From a virus (Duplodnaviria > Caudoviricetes): 42,126 bases of DNA. Under the pieces are notes generated by a model. The model saw nothing but the letters and a program-made list of their open reading frames with translations, was not told the origin of the DNA and ran no database searches. Where the stretch lies: the IMG/VR virus record IMGVR_UViG_3300012838_000029, positions 1-42,126 of that record. The stretch is one strand, 5' to 3'. The translations under genes were made by a program, and so were the position numbers. Below are positions 7,759 through 16,542 of this stretch, piece after piece. Numbering within the stretch: the first letter of the stretch is position 1; every line of letters starts with the position of its first letter.

Positions 7759-9899
7759 ACCTCAACCCCCTGCGCCTTTTCGGCCGCAAGTCCACCGATC
7801 CCACCCGCAACCAGGGTGGAGGGGTGGTGGCCTCCATCCGTGACCAGCAGCCGCTCGGGCCATGGTCGGACATCCTCACCGGCTGGCAGCCGCGTGCTGT
7901 CTCGCCCTGGCTGTACGAGGCGCTGAAGGAGGCGCTGCCCATCCTGGACGCCGGCATTGGCCGGCTGGTGACGCTGGATGGCATCCTGGAGGTGGAGGGC
8001 GACAACGACCGCGTCGTCGGCATCATCGAGGAGTGGATGCGCAACGTGCCGGTCAACGACCTGGAGACCGGCTACCAGGCGGCCTACGCCAGCCAGGCCG
8101 AGGAGATGAACGAGCAGGGCCACGGCATCATCGAGTACGTGTACGACGACAAGGGCCGCGAGGTGGTCGGCCTGCGCGTGGCCGACTCGAAGGGCACGGC
8201 CTTCGTCCGCGACACGGACCGCATGCGGATCTTCTACCGCGCGCCGCGCAACCACGGCGACCGCCGGCCGGATGGCCTGGGCCAGGTGGAGCGCATCCTC
8301 ACCGGGCAGGTACGCGGGGAGGTGACCACCAGCATGCTCGGCCAGGTGGGTTATGTGGAGCTGGACCCGGCGCAGCTGGTGGTCTCCGTGCACCGGCCGG
8401 AGGCGGACAACCCCTACGGCACCTCGCTGCTGCGCAGCATCCCGTTCGTCGCCCAGAACCTGCTGCGCATGCAGAACGCCACGGGCCGGGTGTGGACCCG
8501 CTTCGGTGACCCGTCGTTCCATGTGCAGTTCAGCACCAAGAGCCCGAAGATCAACGCGGAGGAGGCGCACCGCCGCGCCACGGCCATTGCCAAGGACCTG
8601 GCCACCGCCCTGGTCGCCAAGGAGCGCGGCAACAGCGTGGACCTGGCCACCGGCGTGGGCATGAACGACACGATCACCATCGACGTGATCGGCGCCGTGG
8701 GTGAGGCACTGAGCATCGACCTTCCGGCAAAACACATGATCGAGCAGATCGTCGCAGCGTTCGGCATCCCGGCGTGGATGCTGGGCGTGTCCTGGGCGCA
8801 GGCGGCCGGCATCGCCGAGCCGCAGTCCGAGCTGGTGCTGCAGGACAGCCGCACGCGATTCGCCCGCCGCGAGGCCGGGTTGCGCCGGCCGATCGAGGCA
8901 ATGCTGCGCGGCCGCGGCATCACCTGGAAGCCTGGCGACTGGAAACTCACCCAGCGCCTGCCCAGCCTGCACGACGAGGTGAAGCGTGCCCAGGCCGGCT
9001 TCCTGATCGCCCAGACGGCGATGATGGGCCGCGGCACGGAGGAGGGCGCGGGCAACCCGCGCGGCATCGACAACAACCTGCGCACCTCCCGGGGCGGGTT
9101 CCGCAAGGCGCACGGCTGCCGCCACAAGGCGCCGGACGACGAGGCCGGCGGCGGCGAGTCCTGGGCGGAGGACGATCCGGCGCTGCCGGTACTCGAGCGG
9201 GACACGCAGGCGGCGGTGCTGCGCGACTGGCACCGCCTGCGCGACCAGGTGATCGCCCTGGCGGTGCCGGACCGTGCGGCCGAATCCTGGGCGTTCGACC
9301 TCGCACAGCTGCCAGCCATCGTCACCCGCGTGGACGCGGCCGCGCCGGCCATGACCGTCACCCTGCTGGTCGGTCAGCTCGGCGCCTGGGAGCGGGGGGT
9401 GGACAACGCCCTGCGCGAGCGACGCGGCAAGGCCGCCCGGGCCAAGGCGGTGTGGGATGACGACCCGGCCCTGGCCAAGATCGTCAACGCCATGCGCAGC
9501 GCGGCGCGCGAGTACCTGCGCGAGCGCGGCCTGGTGTACGTGCAGGACGGGCTGGACCGCGTGCTGCGCGAGCAGGTGATCGCTGCGCTGGCCGGTGGCG
9601 CCTACGACGGACTCAACGCGCTGGCGGTCGCCGAGCAGCTGGAGCGCCGCTTCGGCGCCGGCGACTTCAACTGGGAGCGGCTGGCACGCAGCGAGATCGC
9701 CGAGGCGCAGGTGGACGGCAAGCTGGACCTGTACGCCGAAGAAGGCCTGAACGAGTACGAGCTGGTGGCGGCGCCCGATGCGTGCCCCACGTGTCTGCGG
9801 CTGGCGGCGGGCGGCCCGTACCGCATCGGCGACCCGGACGCACCACGGCCGGTGACCGACACGCATCCGAACTGCCGCTGCTCGGTCGGCCCCGTGTGA
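7755..9899 (+). CDS. Portal protein fused to a Mu gpF/SPP1 gp7-like minor head domain
   Basis: Portal-like 'DNPYGTSLLRSI...FGDP...IVAAFGIPAWMLG'. C-terminal 'ERLARSEIA...CPTC...HPNCRC' gpF signature. 714 aa. Confidence 0.82.
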   Translation: MNLNPLRLFGRKSTDPTRNQGGGVVASIRDQQPLGPWSDILTGWQPRAVSPWLYEALKEALPILDAGIGRLVTLDGILEVEGDNDRVVGIIEEWMRNVPVNDLETGYQAAYASQAEEMNEQGHGIIEYVYDDKGREVVGLRVADSKGTAFVRDTDRMRIFYRAPRNHGDRRPDGLGQVERILTGQVRGEVTTSMLGQVGYVELDPAQLVVSVHRPEADNPYGTSLLRSIPFVAQNLLRMQNATGRVWTRFGDPSFHVQFSTKSPKINAEEAHRRATAIAKDLATALVAKERGNSVDLATGVGMNDTITIDVIGAVGEALSIDLPAKHMIEQIVAAFGIPAWMLGVSWAQAAGIAEPQSELVLQDSRTRFARREAGLRRPIEAMLRGRGITWKPGDWKLTQRLPSLHDEVKRAQAGFLIAQTAMMGRGTEEGAGNPRGIDNNLRTSRGGFRKAHGCRHKAPDDEAGGGESWAEDDPALPVLERDTQAAVLRDWHRLRDQVIALAVPDRAAESWAFDLAQLPAIVTRVDAAAPAMTVTLLVGQLGAWERGVDNALRERRGKAARAKAVWDDDPALAKIVNAMRSAAREYLRERGLVYVQDGLDRVLREQVIAALAGGAYDGLNALAVAEQLERRFGAGDFNWERLARSEIAEAQVDGKLDLYAEEGLNEYELVAAPDACPTCLRLAAGGPYRIGDPDAPRPVTDTHPNCRCSVGPV

Positions 9900-9900
9900 T

Positions 9901-9948
9901 CGCACAAGGGGTGCCACTGAAAGGGGCGACAGTGGCACCCCTTGTGCG
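9901..9948 (+). promoter_or_regulatory. Late-promoter/activator motif, copy 2, extended to a perfect 19-bp inverted repeat
   Basis: CGCACAAGGGGTGCCACTG-AAAGGGGCGA-CAGTGGCACCCCTTGTGCG, upstream of the head operon. Confidence 0.75.
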
Positions 9949-10004
9949 CCAGCCTGACCCGGAACGATGAAGCGCATGCCGTGCGCGCTCAGGAGATTCC
10001 GGGA

Positions 10005-10358
10005 ATGTCGAACGCACCGACGATCGAAGAGCTGCAGAACCTGACCGCCGCCGAGCTGGTGGAGCAGGTCGGGAGCCTGGACGCGGCCCGCGCCACCGCG
10101 TTGCGCGAGCTGGAGGCCGCCGACAAGGACGGCGGTCGCAAGACCGTGCTGGCGGCGATCGACAAGCGCCTGGCGGAAGTGGGCGGCCAGGGTGGCAATG
10201 ACCCGGCGCCTGCCGCCGCCCCGCGCCGCGCCACGCAGGCCGCCGCCGCTGATACCCCGGTATGGCAGGCCCCCGACTACGACGGCCCGCTGACCATCCC
10301 GCAGGCCGCCTGGCGCCGCGAGAACATCAAGCCCGCGCAGGAGCCGCGCACCAAGTGA
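10005..10358 (+). CDS. Hypothetical head-associated protein
   Basis: AGGAG SD upstream. 'LRELEAADKDGGRKTVLAAI' resembles small helical virion domains. First gene of the head operon. Confidence 0.65.
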   Translation: MSNAPTIEELQNLTAAELVEQVGSLDAARATALRELEAADKDGGRKTVLAAIDKRLAEVGGQGGNDPAPAAAPRRATQAAAADTPVWQAPDYDGPLTIPQAAWRRENIKPAQEPRTK

Positions 10359-11455
10359 GCGGCCCCCGCGCCAAGTCGCTGCAGCTGCGGATAAAGTCCG
10401 CCGGCGACCCGACCCCGGAACAGCTGACCGCCATCCGCCAGTACACCCTGGCCGAGATGGCGGCCGAGCAACTGTACGTGCGCACCTTCGCTCTGGCGCA
10501 CAACGCCATCGACCGGGACCGCGAGGCGTTCGATGAGGCGCTGCTGGCGGACTTCGCCCGCACGCTGCCGGGCAAGGGCCTCTTCATCAAGCACCCGATG
10601 GACTGGGCCAACGCCGACCGCGGTGGCCCGCCGGAAGGTCGCTGGTTCGCCGCCCGCACCGAGCGCATGTCGCTGGACGAGGCCCGCACCCTGCTGCGCG
10701 AGCCGGAGCTGCGGTTCCCGCCGGACGTGCAGACCGCCGTGCTGCTGATGGCCGATGCGTACCTGGTGCGCACCACCGACAACGGACCGCTGCTGCTGAA
10801 GATCGACGCTGGCGTGGTGAGCGACGTGTCCATCGGCTTCACCGCCAGGGACTCCGAGCGCATCACCGACGCCAACAACAACGAACTCAACGCCCACCGA
10901 ATCCTGGGCCCCGGCGAAGCGCTGGAGGGCTCGCTCGTCTGGCTCGGCGCGCAGCCGGGCGCCCGCGCCATCAAGGGCGCACGCACCCCCGAGGAAACTG
11001 ACATGAAGACCTACTCCGAAGAGCAGTTCAATGCGGAGAAGTCCGCGCGCGAGGCCGCCGAGCAGAAGGCCACCGCGGCCACGGCCTCGCACGAGCTGGT
11101 GCTCAAGCTGCGTACCAGCCTGGGCGACAACGCCCACCTGGTCGACAAGCCCGAGCTGCTGGCCGACCAGCTGAAGGCGGCCGGCGACTACCGCAAGGGC
11201 CTGGTGGACGACATCGTCGCCGCCGAGCGCCAGCTGGGCCTGTGCAGCGACGACGGCGAGGCGGTGGAGGCGGCCAAGGCGATGTACGCCGGCTTCGACA
11301 CCTCGAAGCTGAAGAAGCTGCACGACCACTATGCCGCGCGCACCACCAAGGGCGGCCGCGTCACCGCCTCCGATCCGGCGGCCCGCGGCGGCGCCAACGA
11401 CGGCGAGGAAGGCGGCAAGAAGTCGGCCTTCGCCGACAACCCCGCGCTGGCCTGA
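10355..11455 (+). CDS. Prohead protease with C-terminal scaffold
   Basis: IKHP and 'DVSIGF...LEGSLVWLGAQPGA' caudoviral protease motifs, a coiled-coil C-terminus, and an internal SD plus ATG at 11003. Confidence 0.75.
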   Translation: MSGPRAKSLQLRIKSAGDPTPEQLTAIRQYTLAEMAAEQLYVRTFALAHNAIDRDREAFDEALLADFARTLPGKGLFIKHPMDWANADRGGPPEGRWFAARTERMSLDEARTLLREPELRFPPDVQTAVLLMADAYLVRTTDNGPLLLKIDAGVVSDVSIGFTARDSERITDANNNELNAHRILGPGEALEGSLVWLGAQPGARAIKGARTPEETDMKTYSEEQFNAEKSAREAAEQKATAATASHELVLKLRTSLGDNAHLVDKPELLADQLKAAGDYRKGLVDDIVAAERQLGLCSDDGEAVEAAKAMYAGFDTSKLKKLHDHYAARTTKGGRVTASDPAARGGANDGEEGGKKSAFADNPALA

Positions 11456-11488
11456 CCGGCACCCACCTACGCACAGGAGCACGCCCCC

Positions 11489-11851
11489 ATGGGCCTGAAC
11501 ATCGCGTCCCCGAGCGAGCTGGTCAAGAACACCGGCTTCGCGCATTCCGCCGCCACGGTCGCGCGCGAGCCGATCGTCATCAACGGCCGTGTCGCCATCC
11601 CGCTGAACACCGCCGGTGCGAACGAGCGCAACGCGTTCGTCTACGAGTCCGAGGTGGACAACGTGCCCGCGCTCACCGGCACCGCCTGGAGCTGGGGCGA
11701 CGCCCTGTACTGGGACGCCACCAACAAGCGCCTGACCAAGGTCTCCACCAGCAATACGCTGTTCGGCCACGCGATCCAGCCGAAGGCGGCGGATGCGGCG
11801 GTGAGCGGCCTGGTTGCCTTCAACGCCTTCGCCACCGTTCCGGCCGCCTGA
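11489..11851 (+). CDS. DUF2190-family capsid cement/decoration protein
   Basis: 'AWSWGDALYWDATNKRLTKVSTSNTLFG' motif; located between protease and capsid. Confidence 0.75.
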   Translation: MGLNIASPSELVKNTGFAHSAATVAREPIVINGRVAIPLNTAGANERNAFVYESEVDNVPALTGTAWSWGDALYWDATNKRLTKVSTSNTLFGHAIQPKAADAAVSGLVAFNAFATVPAA

Positions 11852-11881
11852 CGCGGCCGACCTGATCAAGAGGACATCCCC

Positions 11882-12952
11882 ATGGGTGCAGTCGCCCGCC
11901 TGAAGAACCTGCAGCAGCTCAGCGGCGAACCGCAGCTGAAGGCCCTGGTGCAGGCCATCGACCTGGAGCTGTCGCTGCCGGGCCTGTACCTGGACCTGCA
12001 TGGCGGCAAGGCCGCCAACGACCCGACCGTCACGCTGCTGGGCAACCAGCGCAAGGCCGAGGGTCCCAAGCTGGACCACATCAAGGCCGCGCTGCACCAG
12101 AAGTACGCGACGCCGACCGATACGCCGCAGTCCAGCGACGTGGCCGCGCGCATCGACCAGTGGTTCCACACCGGCATGCAGGAGATCGACACCGGCTGGA
12201 CCAACCTGTACCGCCTCGTGGACATGCGCGGCGGCAACCAGGACGCGTTCGAGATCTACACCGGCGAGTTCGGCATCACCTTCAAGCAGCGTGCTCCGGG
12301 CGAGAAGACCGAGATCTGGCGCCTGCCGTCCGAGACGGAGATGCAGATCAAGACCGTGCGCTACACCGCGGGCGCCGGCATCCTCGACAGCTGGATTCGC
12401 TACAACAAGTGGTGGCAGATCGACGACATCCTCGCCGAGTTCCGCGCCAAGTCGTGGATGCACCAGGCCGAGCAGCACTATGGCCTGCTGACCGCGCTCT
12501 CCAGTGCGGTCAACTTCGCCCACATCTCCGGTGATGACCTCGGTACCGAAACCCTCAACGCGGCTGCCGCGTGGATCTATCGCCAGCAGCAGCTCAAGGG
12601 CACGGCGGTCAGCGCCAGCACCCCGCTGTGGATCGTGACCAGCCCGGAGAAGCGCGGCTACATCCTGCGCATGCTGGAGGCGACCCAGGGCAGCCTGATC
12701 ATCGGCTACCAGAACGGAATCCCCCTGGCGGTGACCGTGGCTGGCGTGATCGCCACCACCTACGTCCCCGCCAACGACGCCGGCTACTACCTGGTGCTGC
12801 CCGCCCGCAAGGCCGCGCGAGGCCTCTGGCAGGACCTGCAGATCGAGAAGGCCCGCGACATCTACAAGTCCGCCGAGGACTGGGTGGGGTCGATGGAGTA
12901 CAACGCGGTCATCGGCGACACCTCCCAGGTGCGCCGAGTGCTGTTCGGCTGA
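11882..12952 (+). CDS. Major capsid protein (Mu gpT-like HK97 fold)
   Basis: Position, 356 aa length, strong SD and highly biased codons; followed by a stabilising hairpin. Confidence 0.75.
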   Translation: MGAVARLKNLQQLSGEPQLKALVQAIDLELSLPGLYLDLHGGKAANDPTVTLLGNQRKAEGPKLDHIKAALHQKYATPTDTPQSSDVAARIDQWFHTGMQEIDTGWTNLYRLVDMRGGNQDAFEIYTGEFGITFKQRAPGEKTEIWRLPSETEMQIKTVRYTAGAGILDSWIRYNKWWQIDDILAEFRAKSWMHQAEQHYGLLTALSSAVNFAHISGDDLGTETLNAAAAWIYRQQQLKGTAVSASTPLWIVTSPEKRGYILRMLEATQGSLIIGYQNGIPLAVTVAGVIATTYVPANDAGYYLVLPARKAARGLWQDLQIEKARDIYKSAEDWVGSMEYNAVIGDTSQVRRVLFG

Positions 12953-12959
12953 CGGGGGA

Positions 12960-12984
12960 GGGCGGCCCGGCCAACGGGCCGCCC
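12960..12984 (+). terminator. Hairpin after the capsid gene (attenuator or mRNA stabiliser)
   Basis: GGGCGGCCCG-GCCAA-CGGGCCGCCC 10-bp stem with no U-tract. Confidence 0.45.
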
Positions 12985-12990
12985 AAGGCG

Positions 12991-13446
12991 ATGGCGGCCA
13001 AGGTCACCAAGCAGGATATCGACGATGCTGGCTTCAGGCCGGAGCAGTTCGGCATTGCGTCGGGCGGCCCGCCTGCGTGGACTGAGTACGTCGCGCGCCT
13101 GCTGACCCGGGCCGAGCTGTGGTCGCGCGGCCGGTTCGGCGGCGGCTACGCCGATGTGCCGGCCGACACGCCCCAGTTCGAACACCTGCGCGCCGCGGAA
13201 CTGTGCTGGGCATCCGCCCAGTTGTGGAAGCGCCGCGCCGCCTTCATCGACAGCAACGCCGTCAGCTCGCTGGAGCGACTGGCGCATGCCGACCGCCGCG
13301 AGTTCGAGGCCCAGGCCGAGCGCGCCATGGCCTGCGCCGAGGAACAGATGGCCCTTGCGATCAACCCGGCCGCGCCCGCCGGCACCGGCGGCACGCTGAC
13401 CCACGTGGTCACCGGCCCCTGGGCGGCGCTGGGGGTGTGCCGGTGA
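12991..13446 (+). CDS. Putative head-tail adaptor
   Basis: Synteny after the capsid gene; helical 151-aa protein. Confidence 0.55.
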   Translation: MAAKVTKQDIDDAGFRPEQFGIASGGPPAWTEYVARLLTRAELWSRGRFGGGYADVPADTPQFEHLRAAELCWASAQLWKRRAAFIDSNAVSSLERLAHADRREFEAQAERAMACAEEQMALAINPAAPAGTGGTLTHVVTGPWAALGVCR

Positions 13447-13886
13447 GCGTGCGCATTGCCGTCGATGCCGCCGCGGTGCAGCGGGCTGCCGCCGAGAGCG
13501 CGAGCGGACTGCTGCCCTCCAACCGCGAGCTGGTGCGCGAGCTGGCCATACAGGTGCAGCGCGCTGCCCGCCAGAACGCCAACGGCGCGGCGCAGGGGCA
13601 GGTGCGCGCGCGCCGCGGCACGCTGCCGGGCGCCGGCAACTATCCCATCCCGGTACGCACCGGCACCTTCGGCCGGGGCTTCGGCCTGCGCGTCACGGGG
13701 GAGAGCGCCATCGTCTTCAACGACACGCGGTACGCCCGGGCGCTGCACGACGGCTTCCGCCCCTACGGCAACCCCAACGCCACGCCGATCCCGGCGCGCC
13801 CGTACTTCGACGACGCGCTCGAGGCCATCGATATCGACGCCGCCCACGCTGCCTGGGAGCGGCGCATGCAGAGGGCCGGCCGATGA
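13443..13886 (+). CDS. Tail completion / virion morphogenesis protein (HK97 gp10 / Mu gpG-like)
   Basis: 'PVRTGT...NDTRYARALHDG...IPARPYF' motif. Confidence 0.7.
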   Translation: MSVRIAVDAAAVQRAAAESASGLLPSNRELVRELAIQVQRAARQNANGAAQGQVRARRGTLPGAGNYPIPVRTGTFGRGFGLRVTGESAIVFNDTRYARALHDGFRPYGNPNATPIPARPYFDDALEAIDIDAAHAAWERRMQRAGR

Positions 13887-14386
13887 TCGCCACCGCCCGC
13901 GCCGCGCTGCACGCGCTGCTGCAGACCGACCCGGCCTTCACCGCGGAGATCGCCGCGCTGGGCCTGGCCGCTGACGACAGCGCCGTAGTCCCGGGCGTGC
14001 GCAGCGGCAACCGGCCGTTCGCGCAGATCCACCAGAGCGAATACCCCTGCTGGATCGACGACGCGGGCGAGCAGGTGGCTGCCGGCTACGGCAACGACGC
14101 CAGCGACCCGGCCGGCCTGGTCATCAACAGCACCCAGCAGGACTGGCAGGGCGACATCGAGCTGAGCCTGGTCTGGCACCAGCAGTCGCATGCCCGATCC
14201 GTGGCCCAGACCGACGCGATCCTCCCGGCGCTCGTGCGCCTGCTGCTGCGCCACCCGGACCTGGGCGGCGCCTGCGCCATGGCCTGGGTGGCCAGCGCCG
14301 ACACCAGCCTGGGCGAGCGCCACCCCACCCACGTGGTGCACGCGGTCATCCGCTGCGTCTACACGATTTCGAGGGACACCCCATGA
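13883..14386 (+). CDS. Putative tail terminator
   Basis: Synteny and size (167 aa); ATGA coupling. Confidence 0.55.
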   Translation: MIATARAALHALLQTDPAFTAEIAALGLAADDSAVVPGVRSGNRPFAQIHQSEYPCWIDDAGEQVAAGYGNDASDPAGLVINSTQQDWQGDIELSLVWHQQSHARSVAQTDAILPALVRLLLRHPDLGGACAMAWVASADTSLGERHPTHVVHAVIRCVYTISRDTP

Positions 14387-14706
14387 ACCAGAAGCGCCGC
14401 GCCGACATCACCCCCGCGCCGGCCCCGCCCGCCACCCCGTCCACCGTCTCCGTGGTGCTGCCTGCCGATGCGCGCCCCGGCGTGCTGCGGGTGGGCGCCT
14501 ACGTGCCCGGCAAGGTCTACCCGCTGCCGGCCGACAAGGCTGCCCACCTGGTGGCCGCCAAGGGCTTCGAGCCCGCCACCGCAGAGGACGCCGCCGCGCT
14601 GCGCGCGGCCTCCGAGCCCGTCAACGCCGCCGCCCCGTCCGTAGCCGCCACTCCCTCCTACGCGGGCGGGCAGGGCGGCGGCACCTCTTCCGACTACCAG
14701 GAGTAG
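14383..14706 (+). CDS. Hypothetical structural-region protein
   Basis: ATGA coupling; small protein just before the tail tube gene. Confidence 0.6.
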   Translation: MNQKRRADITPAPAPPATPSTVSVVLPADARPGVLRVGAYVPGKVYPLPADKAAHLVAAKGFEPATAEDAAALRAASEPVNAAAPSVAATPSYAGGQGGGTSSDYQE

Positions 14707-14712
14707 CCCGCC

Positions 14713-15705
14713 ATGCCCCAGGCCACCGGCGCCCTCACCAGGCACGTCGCGGTCACCCAGACCGCGCTGCGCGCGCTCCCCGGCGTGGTCGATGCCGAGG
14801 TGCTTTACGTCCAGACCTTCGACTACAACGACGCCGAGCCGCTGGAGCAGGACCCGACCCTGGCCGGCGGCTTCCGCGGCGAGATGAAGGGCGAGCGCGG
14901 CCGGCTGGACCCCAGCGGCAGCGCCGTGGTCACGGTGGGCACCAGCATCGGTTTCTGGCTGAAGCACCTGATCGGCGAGCCGACCACCACCGGCAGCGGC
15001 GCGCCGTACACCCACCTGTTCCAGGTGAGCGCGGCCAAGCCGCTGCCGGTGGCATGGGCACATGAGCGGGACTACAGCAGCCGCATCGCCGTGCCGGGAC
15101 GCTACGTGCGCAGCCTGGACGTGCGCATCGCCTCGGCCTCGTTCGCCTTCCAGACCGGCAGCCCGTTCCAGCAGGCCACGTTCAACCTGCGCGGCATGAC
15201 CCGGCGCCAGCTGCCGGCTACGCCGATGGATGCGGAACCCACCGACTACGGCCACTCGGCGTTTGCGCTGGCCGGCCTGACCCTGCAGCTGGACAGCGGC
15301 GCCACCCAGGTGTGCGTGGAATCGCTGACGCTCAACTGGGACAACGACCTGGACCCGGACCTGTACTGCCTCAACGACGGCGGCCAGCGCCACGACCTGC
15401 CCGAGGGCATGGTCATGGTCACCGGCGAGGGCGTGGCCCAGTTCGACAGCCCGGCGCTGCTGACCAAGGCCCAGGCCGATACCAGCCTGGCGCTGCAGAT
15501 CGTGCTCAAGCGCGGCACGGGCGCCGGCACCGTCGGCAATGAGCAGCTGACCATCACCATCCCGCTGTCGGTGCTGGAAGCACCGACCCCGGGCGTCACC
15601 GGCCCGCGCGGCCTCAAGCAGCCGTTCTCGTTCCGTGCCCACCGCGCCGCCGGCGCGGAGCTGGGCGTGACGGTGGAGCTGAAGAGCCCGCGCGCCGTGA
15701 TCTGA
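14713..15705 (+). CDS. Major tail tube protein
   Basis: 'FWLKHLIG.....APYTHLF...SLTLNWDNDL...DLPEG..VTGE..AQFDS..LL.KA' siphophage tube pattern. Confidence 0.82.
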   Translation: MPQATGALTRHVAVTQTALRALPGVVDAEVLYVQTFDYNDAEPLEQDPTLAGGFRGEMKGERGRLDPSGSAVVTVGTSIGFWLKHLIGEPTTTGSGAPYTHLFQVSAAKPLPVAWAHERDYSSRIAVPGRYVRSLDVRIASASFAFQTGSPFQQATFNLRGMTRRQLPATPMDAEPTDYGHSAFALAGLTLQLDSGATQVCVESLTLNWDNDLDPDLYCLNDGGQRHDLPEGMVMVTGEGVAQFDSPALLTKAQADTSLALQIVLKRGTGAGTVGNEQLTITIPLSVLEAPTPGVTGPRGLKQPFSFRAHRAAGAELGVTVELKSPRAVI

Positions 15706-15724
15706 GTCAACCAGGAGGGAGCCG

Positions 15725-16177
15725 ATGTTCCGTTTTGCCGATGTGGGGCGCCAGTGGGTGCCCGTGGAACTGCCGCAGGGCGAGGAGCGGGTGCAGGTGC
15801 ACCTGCTGCTGGACCTGCTGACCCGCGAGGAGCTGAAGGCCCGCGAGCGCCGCCAGCTGGAGCTGACCGGACCGGGGCTGATCAGCCGCGCCACCGAGAT
15901 CAAGAGCGTGGAGGACCTGCTGCGCATCTTCGACGAGACCGCCGGCGCCGCCGACGCGGACCGCGCCGAGCTGCTGCAGCGCGCCCACGACTGGCGCGGC
16001 CTGGGCACGGCCGAGGGCGAGGCGCTGGGCTTCACCCGCGAGCGGCTGGAGTCGCTGCTGCGGTTCGACTTCATCTTCAACCGGGTGCGCCAGGCGCTGT
16101 ACCGGGCCAGCCGCGAGGGCGTCGCAAAAAACTCCGAGCCTGGGGCCGCTGGATCGCCGGCGGTACCCCAGGCCTGA
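15725..16177 (+). CDS. Tail assembly chaperone (gpG-like)
   Basis: Between tube and tape measure genes; slippery A AAA AAC near the 3' end. Confidence 0.75.
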   Translation: MFRFADVGRQWVPVELPQGEERVQVHLLLDLLTREELKARERRQLELTGPGLISRATEIKSVEDLLRIFDETAGAADADRAELLQRAHDWRGLGTAEGEALGFTRERLESLLRFDFIFNRVRQALYRASREGVAKNSEPGAAGSPAVPQA

Positions 16178-16542
16178 AGAGTGGAGAGCGGCTATGGGAC
16201 TTCGAGAATCTGTACGGCGCCGGCTTCACCTCGGAGGCGTGTTCCTCCTGCTCGCGCGTCTGCCCGGATTGCCCGCAGCCCCGATTGCTGCCCGATGCGC
16301 GAGCTGGGGCGAATGCCTTCCTGCTCGTACGTACGCAATGGAACTACGCCCCGAGTGGCATGCCCACTGGCCTGCGTTACGGCGACTGCATGGCCGTCTG
16401 GCGCGCGCACGCGCGCGAGCTTGGCGTGCCGCGCACCGGGCTCGCCGGGCTGATGGCCGACGTGCAGGAGATCGAGGCGGCGATCGTCGAGGTGGCGCGG
16501 GAACGCGCTGAGCAGGAGCGGACGAAGCATGGCCACCCGTAG
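15725..16542 (+). CDS. Tail assembly chaperone -1 frameshift product (gpGT-like, DUF1799-like C-terminus)
   Basis: Slippery heptamer at 16126-16132. The -1 frame is open to 16542 and encodes 'TQWNYAPSGMPTGLRY'. Confidence 0.75.

Noticed and set aside
11489-11851. DUF2190 as a 'RecA/RadA recombinase', which would add another recombination gene
   Set aside because: That label is a known misnomer; size and position between protease and capsid indicate a capsid cement protein.
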